Shown: positions 23,467 to 38,147, numbered from the whole stretch's first letter. The stretch: DNA of 62,457 bases, filler included, from Sphacelaria rigidula (GCA_964200075.2; 7 parts of 7 records of this genome joined end to end with filler, not necessarily neighbours in it), one strand, 5' to 3'. Notes: generated by a model from the sequence alone, not told the origin. Made by a program: numbers and translations.

Positions 23467-26400
23467 GTATGCAGGTAAAAGGATCCGTATCGAGCAAAAT
23501 ACCGCGAGCTTTCATACAGCAGTAACGCTGTGGTATGTGCACGGCTCACTGTTTTGATGTTCCTTTCTGACCATTGTTTCTCTCAAAGAGCTGTACCTAC
23601 ACGTATGTGATACACGAAATTATTTTCGAGCCGATTCTCTGCGAGGCATTATCGCGTGTCTTCTCCAACTCCTTCAACATCTCCTCTCGTGACCGGTGTA
23701 TCTGAAACCTGCTGTCGCTTGTGCTGCATGACAAACGCCGCATGGTAACGATGACCACCTCTTGTTCACATTCGAATTGCAGCGTAATCTCAGTCCCGTC
23801 CACAATTGTTTTCACAACGTCAAAATATCCACGCCAAAACATGAAGTATGAATATCGCAGCATGTGGAGCCCAAAGAGTCGTACCCTCCACTAAACCTCC
23901 CGTGGCTGATTGATCCACTCGTTCATTGTTTTCCGTTTGCATTTGTCATCTAGCGTGGGTGCTTCGCCAGAAGACAAACAACGCCCCAGAGACGTCGGTA
24001 GCCATGGCGGCAAACACGGAAATCTGTAAGATGCACTGTCAGGAAGAGACGAACGTTTTATGTTGCACTCATTATATTCAGGTGGAGGCTCTTGCATTGA
24101 CTCCCTGAGCCCCGGGAAGGATCAAGATGTGCGGACTGTCACTACCAGAACATGCTCGCTGCCCATGCACACTCACAGCTGACAACTACCGGTTGGCTCA
24201 AGGGGAAAACAACACGTGTCACCAATCGACGTCCCTACGTCAGAAACCTATCGGTAGTTTTGTGCTCCAGTGCGCCGTACATAAAAGATTATTCCGCAAA
24301 GCAATCACCCATGAGGCAGTGGAAAAGCCGTGGCTGTCTCTGAAAGTGGCGATACCACAGCATAAAGCAACTCATTGTTGGCTGCATCCGAATGCAAGAT
24401 AGTCAGGAGGCTTCGGGCCGAACAATCTTAGCAGCAATCTCAGCAGGGTGCAGCTCACCCTTCATGCGACTCGCCGAACACTCCACGGCGCGCGTGGTGG
24501 TTTGAGTGCAAGCCTGGTCCGGCGAAAACCCGGCGTGCTCCGTCCCGTCTTTGTAAGGATGCGAGGTCAATGGTCTTATGACTACGGCATGCATGATCAT
24601 GAGCACCCGCGTTTGAGAGACCGCATGATGCCTCCTTCTGAACCCCCGTCCCTTGATTCATGAAGAGGTGGATTGAGGAATCAATCAATCATCGGCTGCG
24701 TACCGTTTCATTTTTAATCTTCAGATCTCCGGGTGCTCCAGCAGCGAGAAGGGGCTACAGTGGTCACTGTTCGAACGGAGAGTTTACCTAATTCGGAATT
24801 TGCGCAGACGATTTTCATATTCACCCGAAGTTCTAGAATCTATAAACACTGTGACAGGAAACAGGTTGTTCATGGAATATCCCTCCCCAAAATGTGTGTG
24901 GAGGACAATACGGGGTAAAACTCCGTTTCGTCGGAGGGTTCATTGCCCGTATTTTTCTGAAAACAAGAACGATTGTTCGGTTGTAGCACAATACGAAGCT
25001 AAAAGTTTGGAAGGTTGAGCCTGCTCAATTGCTCCTCAGAACGACCGGGAAAATGTGAATGGGCGAATATATCAACAAGCCAGGACCGGGGACTTTGTGC
25101 TTGCAGGACTCTCGACCACCAGTTTGTCCGTGCATCCTTCAAAAATGATGTCAGAAAAGACTTTCCTTTCAGAATTTGTGTGTCCGGTGCTAATGTCTCT
25201 TTGCTCCCAAATTTTGGTCGTAAACATTCACCGTGATGAGTCATAGAATGTCGTCAAAAATTCTCCATGCCAATATTAGCTAAGATATAACCGCAACGGG
25301 TGCCCGAAAAAAACGAACAAATAGCTCACTCCGTTCCTGTTCATATCAGACTCGTCTGTGTTGTGGTCACGGTTTGATTTGTAAAGGATGACACACTGGA
25401 CGATAATGAATCAAAACAAATACACTGCGACACACCAATCGTTTCATCGTAGGGTCGGGACTCGAACCCGGACTCGAACCCACGAGTATCCGGCCATCAT
25501 CTCCGTGCTCGAATCAACCGCACGGCCTCTGTCTTTGTCTGCTTAAATGTCGCACCTTGCTCGAAACTAAAAACAAACATGGCACAGGAAATGGTGGAGA
25601 GATTTTCAACAACAGCGAGAAAAATGAGGCGTGGTGTCGTGGCCACCTCGCGCGGGCAAAGTCTGGTAGGAGTTTGCCTCACTTTCTGGTAGGTTTTCGG
25701 TAGGGGATGAGAAGGGGGTGAGGAGGGCGCGCGGGGAGGTTCTCCTCGTAGTGCTGTGCTGTACTGTGCGGGGTTGCACGTGGAGGAGAATAAGGGCAAA
25801 CAGAAAAGAAAAAGAGAGAATGAAAATCAGACTAAGAACAATGAAGAGAAGAATGGAGAACAACTCCCACATGCAGTCAACGAGTGTTGTCGTGATGGTG
25901 ATGGTAGTGGAGTCTATGGTTTTTCTGGCGGCGATCTGTCATGTATGGGTCTACCCATCCGGTTGACAAAAATACAGTGTTTCTAGAGCTGTCTTTTTCT
26001 TTTGCCGTGGTCTGCAGCCGAGGAGGGAGTGCTCCATTGTACATGTTTCGGTCCATCTGGGCCGTATTCTATACACTGTGTGATGTAAACATTGTGTAGG
26101 TGTTTGTCAGGGACAAATGGCATGGACGAGTATCCCCGCCCGCCGGTGCCGCTAGTGTCCCTCTTCGGTTCATGACGTGTACCACTTCCCACTCTACTGC
26201 CTGCCAAACTCGTACCGCGTGCGAGCAGAGTACAGGGAAAACGGGCGAGCTGGAGTCGTCCGCTTGGACAGATGAGACAGAAGAGGTATGGAAACGAGAT
26301 CACTACTATCACGGTAGTGGCGATTGTGCTACCACCGCTACAGTTGTTACTGCCTCTGCTTCCGGTACTCTTTACATGACTGATTAATTTGATTTTTTTT

Positions 26401-28517
26401 AAATGTTTGTCCCACTTTAACTGACCCCCCAGGAGTCATGATCCAGCCGTGGTCACATGATAGACGTACGTACCCAACAAAAACAACACTGAAATACTCG
26501 CTGAAGACAAAAAAGGGGCATAAAAGGTCGAACAGAACGATATAGGAGACTAAGAGGTAAGAAAGTGGAGTCATCCTACGACAGGGGGGGGGGGGGCATT
26601 TGGTTGCACGGAAAAAGAAGCTCATACGTGTGGTAGATATCCTTCCACACCTGCGTTGCGCTTGTATTTGGTTCCAAACGGTGTCAGGCAGTATGGATGA
26701 GCGTCATTGATCCNNNNNNNNNNNNNNNNNNNNNNNNNNNNNNNNNNNNNNNNNNNNTTAATTAATTAANNNNNNNNNNNNNNNNNNNNNNNNNNNNNNN
26801 NNNNNNNNNNNNNCAGCCTCTATGGTTATGAAAACGCTTGGTGGGAGCTTTGCCTATATCAAGTAAAAGTGCGGCCCCCCCCCCCCCCCCCCCTGAACAA
26901 AAGTAGCTGACTGAGTATGTTGATGAGAATTGACGCGGTGCGGGAGTGCTGACCCCATCCTCGAGACAAAATGCAGGGGGTGCACCGGGGAGAGAGAGGC
27001 TGATCTCCCAAGACTGCGGACTCGTCACGAGGAAGCGGGGGAGGTTCAAAGTGCGAAAAAAAAGTGTCATCCTGCATGGTCGGTACACTGCCAGCGGTTT
27101 CTGGAAAAAGGTCACAAGATCCGCACGGCACGATGCACGACCGGATTTCGATCCAACATCATTCAGGCAGAAGTTTTCTCCCAAGATCTCATCAGGTTCT
27201 TCTGACCGAAGAAAGAAACAGCACGTTGTGCATGCACTAGGGTAGGCAGGTTTCTATGAAGAGGATAACACTTTGAGCGGGAATGGCGCATGACTCCCAG
27301 CGGAACTTCAGAACGGTGTCTTGAACGACGTCCTGTGTCTGGCCTACAGTCCGGCACGGACAGTTTTTTTCTACAATGTATTGTTCTTGTTCTTATTCTT
27401 GAACTCTCACCACAAATTCGCGTGTGTAACAATCCCACTGTGAAAAGATGATTCCTCGATGAATATTTGTGGGATTCTGTCCCGTTCTAAATGGTATCCA
27501 CATCAACCTCCCCCTCCCCCTTGATGAGCCTCTTCGTACGTTCTTTTAACGAGAAGAGGTTTGTACTCGTAGGGGTGTTGACCATTCTCCTCCGGCTAGC
27601 GATGAGGATATTTGTGTGCCTACCTTCACGTACCTTCCACGTGTGTTGGGGTTGTCAAGTCAGCAATCTCCACCTAAAACTTTCCCGTGACACTGTGAAC
27701 TCTGCTTCGAAGGTCACCCACTAGTTGTGTTATCCCCGACGATTTTAACGACATTTTGATGCCCGCTTAACTCAAGGGGCACTTTAATTTTTATTTTCGT
27801 CACGTTGATCGCAGCCGAGATTTGAATCCGGGACCTTCTTTTTATCATGAAGTGTACGGGTTATATCTCCTTCGTGTTGACAATGTGAAAACCCGATCCC
27901 TCCACGGAGGCTTGTGGGAGTTCAAGAAGGTTGTGTTGTATACTATAGGGTATACCCGAAAGTGGTAAATTTGGCACACTGAACCATACCGGGATGTATA
28001 TCGAACAACTCAGTATGGTTTGTAAGGGCATGTACCGATGAAGTGCCTCTGATGTACCTCTATGAATACCCGAACTTCAGCCGGTGTACCGAACAGAACA
28101 CGACCTCAGGATTCCACCCCTTGTGTGCGTGTGGTGGTACCCAAACCACCGACACCCCAAGTACAAAAATTTTTACGCTCCATTCAATCCCTAGGTTTCG
28201 CTCGCATCTACCAGATCTTTTACTTCTATCCGCTGTCGTCCTTGAGCTCCTTACTTACAGCCAGTTCATCATCATCGATGACTGCCCCCACACTATCTGT
28301 GAGCCCATCCATGCTGGAGCTCCCTCTGTACATTCAAATTCAAGACCATTCGCCGAATAATCAATGTACATGCGGCGTTCATGCGATCCGCGGAGCGCAG
28401 ACACGCGGCGAGAACAACGATCTTGATAGAGCGCGCGCAACAACAACGCCCAATACACAAGACACCAGCAACGAGTGGGAACTACAAATACTGTACATGA
28501 ACAACGACAGAGCCCTT

Positions 28518-31500
28518 TTATTTCTTCGTCGTTCGACGAGAATCACCATTACGTTTTTCGTGGGTATCGCGGCTCACCCTTCCACTCCGAGCCCCACCAC
28601 CACTAGCGCCCGCGCGTCCGGAATAATCCCGGCGCGACCGAGACGACGCACGCCGCCGAGCTTCTGTCGTCGCCGTCGCCGCTGCCGCCGCCTCCCGCAC
28701 CTTCTCCATCCACTCGTCGATGTTCGGGGGCGGCGAGTCCTCTCCGGGGGACCTATCCGCGTCTTCGTCAAGCCACGCGGCCAACAACGGACACGCGTCG
28801 TACCCGCGGGCGATAACTGGGGGGCGTTCGCCTTTCCCGTTCCACGCGGGATCTACTTCAACAATGAGGTCCGACAGTGGCCGATGTCGCTTGCGGCCAC
28901 GACGTTCGGTCTTCTCAAAGCGGTCTGTGCTGCGACGGCTGGTCGACGGTACAGGACCACAGCGAACAGGATAGCGAAACTTTGTGGCGGCAAGATTTGC
29001 CAGTCTAGCGGGGAGAACTTTTCGGGTTGATGCTTCCGCCGCTGCATTTCGCCTCCTTTTCATCTTAGCAGAATCCGCTTCTCGTTCGATGCTCTCCCGG
29101 CTACGGACGACTTCCATCTCTACAGTGTCTGGGGAGGCAGTGTGCGGAGAGGAGGACCGATCATCGGGTCGCCATCCATCCGTGCAGCTTCGGTTCCGTC
29201 TCGCCCCCCGTCTCCCCTCGCCGGCGTCTTCTGTGGTGTCGCGAGTGGAGGCCACAATAGTCCCATTGTGGTTGTTAGTATTGTCGTCGTATTCTGCATA
29301 GTCGTCCTCAGCATTTTTCGCACGACTTGAAGATTCCCCACACGGCCCTCGCGCATAACTGCTGGTGCGGTCGGCGAGGTCACCACCACCACCTCCCCCA
29401 GCGGCGAACATACGGCTAACATTAAACTTGTTGGCAGTAGCGCGAGCCCCACTGCCCGGATGGGCGAAGTCTTCATTTCTTCGCGCCTGCGTCAAGCAGG
29501 TCAAACCGAGTCGGCCGCTTTTGGGAGACACGATGTTGGACGAAGACGAGGTTTGGCCCGACAAGGTATGTCCAGACAGCTCCTGGGAGAGGCCGCTCTC
29601 TTCCGCTGGCGAGAGCTGAGGAAATGTCGGGTTAAGGCTGTCGTGGATAGGCAGAGCACTGCCAGCAGCGTCGGCGGCATTACTGCTATGGGTGTCGACA
29701 GCGGCGCGGGGCCGCGCTCGCGCCTTACCCTTGCCCTTGCCCTTCCACGTGGGAGGTGGAGAATCATCTCCGTCGTCGTTTTCTTGGCCATCTGTATTAT
29801 CCAATTCGTCGCCGCTTTGCCAACGGCTGCGACTACCATTGGCCATGAATTTCCGCCGCCGTTTATCCTCTTCCTCGTCTTCCTCATCTTCGTCAATACC
29901 CCTATGATCATGGTCCCTTTGACGCACTTGCTTTTCACTGCTTTGTTGTTGCGGTTGTTGTGGTTGTGTTCGCTGTTGCTGCTGGTCTTCATGCTGTTGT
30001 TGTCCATGCTGCTGCGAGTCTGGCAAAACTTCCAACTGCGTAAAGCCCGCCGGCACAACTTCCCCACTACTCTCCTCTTCCCCTTCTTCGTCCCGATACC
30101 CCTCCTCTTGGCTCTGTGTCTCTTTGCCCACCCCTTGGAGAAGCTCCGCCATGTCCATTTTTTCGGGCGTGGCACTTTTACCGTCCATACGCACACCTCC
30201 TGCCGCCTTCCTGTGAGAAGATATGTGAACAGATCGTGTCACCGCCGGGCTCTCAGCCACCGCCGTCTCTTGTTGCGCCAGCGAACGAGGTATCACATGG
30301 CTCTTGCCACCGCCCATCACTTCCTGCTGCCCCAACGGCAAATCATCATAATCATCAGCATCGCCCTCGGCGGGACGCGATGATGAAGCTCCATCAAGCG
30401 ACGCAGGAAATTCCTGACTCTGCTGACTCATGTGCTGATGATGCTGCTGGCTCATAGGCTGATGATTCCGCGGAGATGATGCCGCGGGCGACGCCGACGG
30501 CGGCGACGTAGGAGACGGCGAAGCTGGGCGCATCTCCATCGGCTCCTGACTGAAGACGTTGCCGATGGATTGCGCCTGCGTCCGGAATCCATCTTCCCCT
30601 TCCTGGCCCTCCTCGTCATATTCCATGCCTAGACTTTGCTGGCTCATGAGGGTCTCGACAACGGGATTCCCACCACTCCTAGTCACCGAATCCGCGCCGC
30701 TCTCACCGCCTGACCCCTTCCTCGTTGCTGCGGGTGACGCCCGCCCAGCAGCGGCGACGGCGGCGGAGGGCGGAGCGGGGACGTCAGCGGTGGCGCCTGG
30801 TTGCGCCTCCAAGGCCGATATCGCCGGCGGTATCGCCTTGTTGGCGGTGGTCACCGGGACCGGCTCTAGCAGGGACGGTTCTACGTCGCTCCATTTAAGG
30901 CTCTGGCCCTGGGGCGATCAAAGAGTGCGCGGGAACGGACGCGTGTGGAAGATACCACTTGTTTTTATAGTACGAGGCTACGGCTACAATCGCATTATCC
31001 GTCGGGGTACATGTACGAGGGCGTGATAATTGACGACGCTCACACGATCATTCAGCGGACATATGATACATTACTGGAGAGCGCTTCCGGAGACTGTAGC
31101 TCGAGTGCACTACAGTACAACCGGCGAGTGGAAAAAAACGAATGGCTTCCTCAAGATGTCAAGGCAAAATTACACCGCAAGAAGCGAGGAGACCTAAAGA
31201 GACGGCAAGTCCCCCAGAGATGGCACAAACGCAGTCAGACACTGCCGAGCAAGGTGAACTCACGAATGAGCTTGGAGTACAAACAGCTTTGTTTGACATG
31301 CAAACAGTCCTCGTGTATATCCCCCCGAAACCCACCGTCGCGGACGCAGGCGCGTGTATCAAAACCGCGTTGATGTCGCGCAGGCACGGTAGTCCTTGAC
31401 CCGCCGCCAAGACGCGCACCAGCTGCTTCGGGATGTCGATCGACCGGAGGGTAACTCGCAGATCCCGGTTCCCGTCGCCGAGTTCCTTGGGTTTTCCAAA

Positions 31501-32800
31501 CGTCGTCAATCGTTCGCCTCCATGCATCCCAAATTGGTTCACCTTCCACACATGGGCGAGAGACGAGAAGCGAGAGATAGGAGCATCCACGGCGGTGGCG
31601 GTGTGTGTGGGGCGGTAACACATCGAGACATACGCAGATGTGTTCTCTATATAAATGCAATACATATCCGGACACACAACGATACCTACGGGGAGGGGGG
31701 GGGGGATAACGAGTTTCCTAACCTCCATGCGGCGTAAATACCGGATAACAAACAGGCAAACCAGGGTAGGAACTGATAATCTGAAAGTATGTAGATGATA
31801 CCTTGTCGCGCGGTGTTTTTCATTTGAAGCGGTGTTGCCCGAGCACGAGGAAGGAGCCTGGCAGAGAGACGGGCCGTTATACCATATGAATGACGCTATT
31901 CCCGATATCCGCCGCCCTCCAAAAAATTGGTTTGATCGCAGTAATTTTAGCCAACAAATTGGCACAGAATACGACCACGGTTTGTGCATGTCGTGTGCAA
32001 GTCTCGGGTGTATATAACAGGCGATCCTGAAAAATGGGTCCGAGATGTTCCCTACGGGAACGAACTGAGGTCGAAATTGTACATGATATTGACCTATTAA
32101 TAGTACATGTCGAACGTGCCCTGAAGGCAAGCCAACCTGTGACGACTACAAGGTCAAATATCATCTACAATTTCGACCTCTGTTCGTTCCTAGAGGAAAA
32201 TCTCGTTCCCATTTCGAGAATGGCCTCTTATCCATGGTAGAGGTGATAGGCATTAACCCCTCACCCACTACAATACTTGGTGTACTGGGATGTTTTGTAG
32301 CGGCGTGGATCGTGGACCGTAAATGAATGATCCACGGGTCGGACAGATCAATGATTCGTCTGGAAATTACTTGATTTTAGTGTAGCTGAGCCGTACCGTA
32401 TGAATCAATCCTTCGGCTTTGTTTTCAGCGTTGCAACTCAGGCACGCGCAGCCCAGGCACGTGGAATGGCGCAAAAATTGCATGGAGACCCTTCCGACGA
32501 GCGGTCAACTTTCTTCTCTGTTTCGAGCAATCAGTCAGACCTGAAATATTGTGGATTTGGTGATTCGAACCGCGGCGAAGATTAGTCCGAACCGTGGGAT
32601 GATCTGACGAGGCGGCGCGTAATCTACGGGGTTGAAACGCTTGCAAAACTCACCAGGATGCAGATGTGGCCGTTCGCTTTGGCTTTGGCTTCGTCAAAGG
32701 TCGGGCACACGACGCTGAAGGTGGAGAACTCCCAGTTTTCGATCGTGATGGTCGTGCTGTTCAAGCTGGCGAAACTCGGGTTGGTTCTGCAGCCTTTGAA
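28518..32800 (-). CDS. Candidate TPP1/Est3-like OB-fold protein with a long disordered SQ/TQ-rich tail (exons about 32800-32654, 31542-31420, 30909-28518; 5' exons not identified)
   Basis: Spliced FKGCRTNPSFASLNSTTITIENWEFST...GHICIL-VNQFGMHGGERLTTFGKPKEL resembles the C-terminal half of the TPP1/Est3 OB fold. The last exon is an open frame of about 2.4 kb with about a dozen SQ/TQ dipeptides. Coding status is fairly secure; the family call is tentative. Confidence 0.55.
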
Positions 32801-35750
32801 CTGTTTTCCAATCAGTCGGTCAAGGAACAAGGGCATGCATGGGAGGAGCGGAGAGGCAGTACAAAACCGAAACAAATACGTGTCGGTCTGAAATAGTGAG
32901 GAGAGAGAGAGTGTGTGTGCACCCCTCTCCATGAGTATAGCACCACGACGATATTCTCTGCCTTTTGTTTAATTAGGTGTTGCTGGGATCCGTGCGATTA
33001 ACTGTTAGTGTATAATCCCAGCTGTGAAACCGTTTCTTACGGCTCGTTTTTTTTTGGGGTCATATTTTCCACTTTTTGAGACGTCTGACACGGTTTTTGG
33101 CCCCCCAATAGGGAATATCGCCATAACACGTTTTGGACACTTTGCATCGCCGCATCGAGAGGAGTGTAGCCCACTTTTCCGATTCGCTTCGCTCCGGGGT
33201 TTTGAGAACGGCCTCTGGACAGAAATACGGCGTGAAAATAAACTGGGTTGTCTGCAGGTATTTATATCACAATACATATAGCCAGCCGTATTTTCGTCCA
33301 CAGGCTTTTTTCGAAACTTTTGGAGCCAAGCGAGTTTGAAAAGTGGGCTAGGCTCCTCTCGGTGGGACCATGCAAAGTTTCCAAGACGTGTGCTGACGAT
33401 ATTCCCTCTTTGGGGGCCAAAACCCGTGTCATGACGTCTCGAAAGTGGAATATCACGACCCTCAACATAAAATATGAGCCGTAAGAAACGGTCTGAGCGT
33501 CGTTTTTCGGTTCCCCTCTGCCGGTTCATTGCACGTCTTTTCAGCTCAAGATGAAACTGTATTGACATCTACGTGAACTGGCGGAAACGGGTCACGAGGT
33601 CGCCGCACGACAAAGCGAGACGGTGATTTCTTCGCGCCGTCAAGATCGACCGATGCCTTCGCGACTTGCGTTTTTTCTCATCGAAGCAAAAAAAAATCAG
33701 AGGCAACCGGGGTGACTCGTTGTCTCGTTGGTTCACTGTAGAGACGAACACCATGTCGAAACCGATCGCAGGGCAAGGGTCGCTTCTCCGTCAAGAGTCA
33801 TCGTATGGGAGACGATTCTGTACCAGTACGCGGCAGGTTGTAGGAGTATTACTGTGATAAATAATGTGAGTAGCAGGAATATATATATATATATATGTAT
33901 CACGATTATTTCTGCCCCATGCCAAGCAAAGGATCCCAGCACCCCGCACGCGTGAACGAGATGATCGTGCTGCCTCGACGATCACGACGGCGTTCAATAC
34001 TGCAGTCCATATTTTCTTCGTAACCTCTCTGTGAAATGGGCGTGGAGACAAGGGCGCGATCGACTTGGAACTTCTGCTATGTAGCTACCGCCGCTGCTAC
34101 TAAAACACTCTCGATTTCTAGGTGAGAAAAAGAATGTTCGCCCCGGATGTCACCTGATTGGAAACACTGTTGTCTCGGATTATCGCACCAGCATACACGA
34201 ATACCAAAATGTGTAATTGTACAAATGTCCAAGCAGGAGGCCAAGGAGCTGTTGGACGCGTGGCTTTTTTGCAATGGTAGCATTCTTGCTCATGACCGTA
34301 CGGTCCGTAGCCACGAGCACCACCTGCGGCATGATATTGTGCTATCATACTCTGCTGAATCTACGCGGACCGCCGTTTGTTATGTTTTGGAAATACTTCA
34401 GGTTCCTAGTCTCGGGGTCTTGGAGTTCTCGTTAACAGGGCATTTTTGTCACTTTTTTATTCTTTTTTCCGAAAGATAATGATTCTTTATCTTCCGCCTT
34501 CCTTCAAAAACATACTTACTGAAAAAAAAAAAGACGCCAGATTTTTCGAAAAAATGTTTGTCAGTCTTCAAGTGATCTATTGCCTGGCCTGGTCAAGGAG
34601 TCTGTTCTGACATTCTTCAGAGAGCTTCTCTTGTTCGAAAAAGTCGGAGATTTCGGAGGGGGGAATTAGACCCGTGAAAAATACTCCTTATTATCTCCGC
34701 CGAATACGCTACTTGGCCATCAGCGACATCAAATTGCTGGCAACCAAAAAACAAGACATGCTTGAAAGCTCGGCTTGGAGGTCGCAGCTCGCCTGATATC
34801 TATAGTGCTGCTCTGTAGTGATGGACCACATGATTGTCTTGGTACCATGCTCACACCTACCATCACGCGCCGCAGACAGTCCCGTACAGGTGGTACGGTA
34901 CAGTAACAAGACAACACAGACAGGCAGGCATGCTGCAAGATTTCTATTCGTCTACCCCAAAAGCAACTCATACCCTCCTGCTTCATCTTCATCTGAAACG
35001 GCAATCACACTTGGCCTCTCCGCGACAAACACCGCTGCATGAGACACACCGTTTCACGAGACTCTACTAGGGGCACTCGTGGGCTCTGCATAGAGTTGTT
35101 ACTCCTTCATGCGGTGCATCCCCGATATGTTGTTTGCCTGCAGTGGATGCACTTGTCGAACAGACGACAGACCAAAACGCTACGAGTTCTGTATCCAACC
35201 GCTTGTACCAGCTGCAGTGTGAGCTATCGTCGTAACCGCGTCGCGGCACTTTCTGCCACACTTTTCTCCTCCGAGCAATCTGATTGGCTTATGGACATAG
35301 ATACACCTCAGTGAAAAATCGGATCGCGAGACGTCACACTTATCACAAAAAGTAAGGGAGAAAGCACCGCAGGAGGAAGATGGAGAGCTTGAGCAAAAAG
35401 AAGAAGCAAAAACCTGTGTGTTGACCTTCCGCCTGTGTGACTCCGGCTGCTGCGCCCAAATATGACGAAAGGTATAGGCTGGTGTCCAGAAAAGATGGGA
35501 TGACAACGCACACATATTTTTGTGATCAAGCAGGAGTGCCCCCCCCCCAAAATGCGAGCCCCTATGCCGATTTTTTCAATCCTAGGTGTTTTCGGGGGGG
35601 GGGGGGGGGGGGGGGTTATTGATTCCATCTAAAAATTAAAAATTTTTAAANNNNNNNNNNNNNNNNNNNNNNNNNNNNNNNNNNNNNNNNNNNNTTAATT
35701 AATTAANNNNNNNNNNNNNNNNNNNNNNNNNNNNNNNNNNNNNNNNNNNN

Positions 35751-38147
35751 GTCGGTGATGAAACGTTTCACCTTCGCCAGCGTGTCAGACTTACGTGCGA
35801 GGCCATAAAACATCATGAAGCGCGACTTGCTGTCGACGCAGCCCAGCATATGGGTTGATGCGCCCAGAGTACGACTGTGTGGACCGGTGAGATCGAAATG
35901 TACCCTGCCAAGTACAGTCGTTGCTCTCGTTCCCAGTCTTCGCGGAATACTTGCTCGCTGTCCCTTCGCTTCCAAACATCCAGCACACGGCGCCAGTACC
36001 CCCGTCAATGAAATGCCCTGTTGTTTTGCAGTTTCTCGGAGTAACGTCTCATGAATGTGGGGAAGGGAAACGTGGAAACGATTAATGTCGACTTCTTGCG
36101 TTGGCTTTCCAACTGAAAATGGGAGAGGGCTGGGGGCAAGAACAGCAAGGGCCGTCCCGTTTTTAGCCCAAACCCCCATTCCTTCACTCAGAAAAAGCGG
36201 AAAAAACTCTTCGGGGGGGGTCGTGCAAATCCAGCCATCAGGGCTTCATCCTTGAATACACTCAAGTCTAGACAGTGAAGCTCTCGGACTGCACGGAGGG
36301 AAGCAGCATCATTCGTGGGAACTGTTACAACGCTTGCCGGTGAAGCGGACTGTACTCCAACACTTGAAGTCACCACGTTCACCGGAGGAAGGGACTGTAC
36401 ACGAACGCTTGGGGGAGGGGCAGTTACAATACTTACAGCTGGTACGGCATGCGGGGGGTTCTCATATGTTGACGGTAAACGTGTGGCTCTTTGTGACGAA
36501 GACCGCTCATTGCGATCGAAGCGAAGCCTACCGTCAAACATATGTACTCCTGTTTCAGTTAAGAGTACATCATGCTTCTTCTGCACTTGGTGCAGAGAAA
36601 AAACGTTGAAGTGTATTCCTTCTACGTAAACGTCAGTTGGTCGCACGCAAAATTCTGAGGAAGCACCGATAGATGTCGGGGCGGTGGAATTTCCCATGTG
36701 GAATTTGAGCTTCAAACTCCCTACTGCTCTGAACGGAGAGAATTGTTCAGTTCCCCATAATCACGTGCTCATTTCCTGTGGGGGGCGGGCGTAAATCAAA
36801 CATACCAACCATTGATCCAGTGGTATGGTGTGAAGCACCATTATTACTTATCCACTCCTCTGTACCATCATCCACCACAATCCCCGACCCACTCTGGTTA
36901 AGCAAAGCAACCCCCAAAGTAAAATCACCCAACTCGAAACGTGACTCGCCTTAGGACACAGAATGTGCCATGCACAGGTGAAGCGGCGCAGAGGATGCAG
37001 CTGAACCGGAGGAAGGCAGGTTGGAATCAGGTTGGGCATGATGAGGTTGTTGTTGATGTAGTTGGTGAGGGTGTTGCAGTTGAAGGTCACCTTGCTGCGG
37101 TGATGACGGGTTCTGATAGTTGGTGGCAGCTGGGGAGGATTGCGGGGGGTTGCGGGGAAATTTGATACAGTACGCGTAGCCTGCATCGCTGAAGTCGCTG
37201 CTATCTTCCAACACCCACCCGTCTTCTTCCGTTCCGTTCCACTGTTGTCCGTCGTGGCTGCTCTCTTCATACCCCCCTTGGTCACCGTAAAGTTGCACGG
37301 TGTTGACCGATCCGTAGGAATGAATCCAAGGGGGGGCTGGTGTCCTCCGTGACGAGGTTGATTCTGGGTGGGATGCGCATGACGTACCCCCGAATCAACT
37401 TGCGGCGTCACTACTCTACGCCATGGGCAAAAAGTATGCATGTGGCCCAGTTCGTCGCATGTGATGCATCGTTTACGGGGGTCGGCGTGGTGAATTGGGG
37501 GTTCGTTGCCTGCAGGGCGATATACACCATCAGGATAAGCTGAATAGTCATACCCACCTTGCGGCGGGTCATAGTACGGTAGTTGGCTGCCGGGGTTGGC
37601 ATTTCCGCCCCCGCGCCCCGAAGTACCGTACCTGTGACCAACTCCACGCCCTGCGCCCCGTCCTCCACGTCTCGCTTGCTGCTGATGTTGCTGGGGTTGC
37701 TGGCGTTGTTGCTGCTGTTGTTGTTGCTGAGTGAGCTGCGGTGATTGGGTGAGAATCCTACCGCGTCCACTACCCCCACGACCTCCAAAACTGTCTGTAC
37801 TTTGGTATTGCTGCTGGCGAACACCATTCCACGCACCACGATCACCACGACTTTCTTGTGCGTGCATGTTTCGTTGTGCGTGGCATTCAGAGTCATGATG
37901 ATAGGTCGTATTGTGGAAATGACAAAAAACATCACTCTGCTGTCGACGTCTCTCACCGCCCTGTTGTCGTCCATTTTGCAGCACGCCCCCACCTCTGCCA
38001 CCCCCAGTGGCAGTGACGAGCGCGTGGCCTTGTACCCCATCCTGATCCCCTCCTGCCCTACTCCTGGCCAGTTCCATCTCACCATGCGCCGTCATCACCT
38101 TGCGCTCCAGGGTATCTGTTGTTACTTCATCGAAAGCAAGCAATACT
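35751..38147 (-). mobile_element. Ty1/copia LTR retrotransposon (partial gag, protease, integrase N-terminal half), pseudogenised, cut by the contig end and interrupted by a YR retroelement
   Basis: gag knuckles CHFHNTTYHHDSEC and CITCDELGHMHTFC; protease-like WISNNGASHHTTG; DVYVEGIHFNVFSL; integrase FHVSLPHIHETLLRETAKQQGISLTGVLAPCAGC...VHFDLTGP...VDSKSRF...KSD. Confidence 0.9.

Noticed and set aside
28062-31026. Long plus-strand ORFs (28062..29030, 29460..30383, 30559..31026)
   Set aside because: They are antisense shadows of the GC-rich minus-strand exon.
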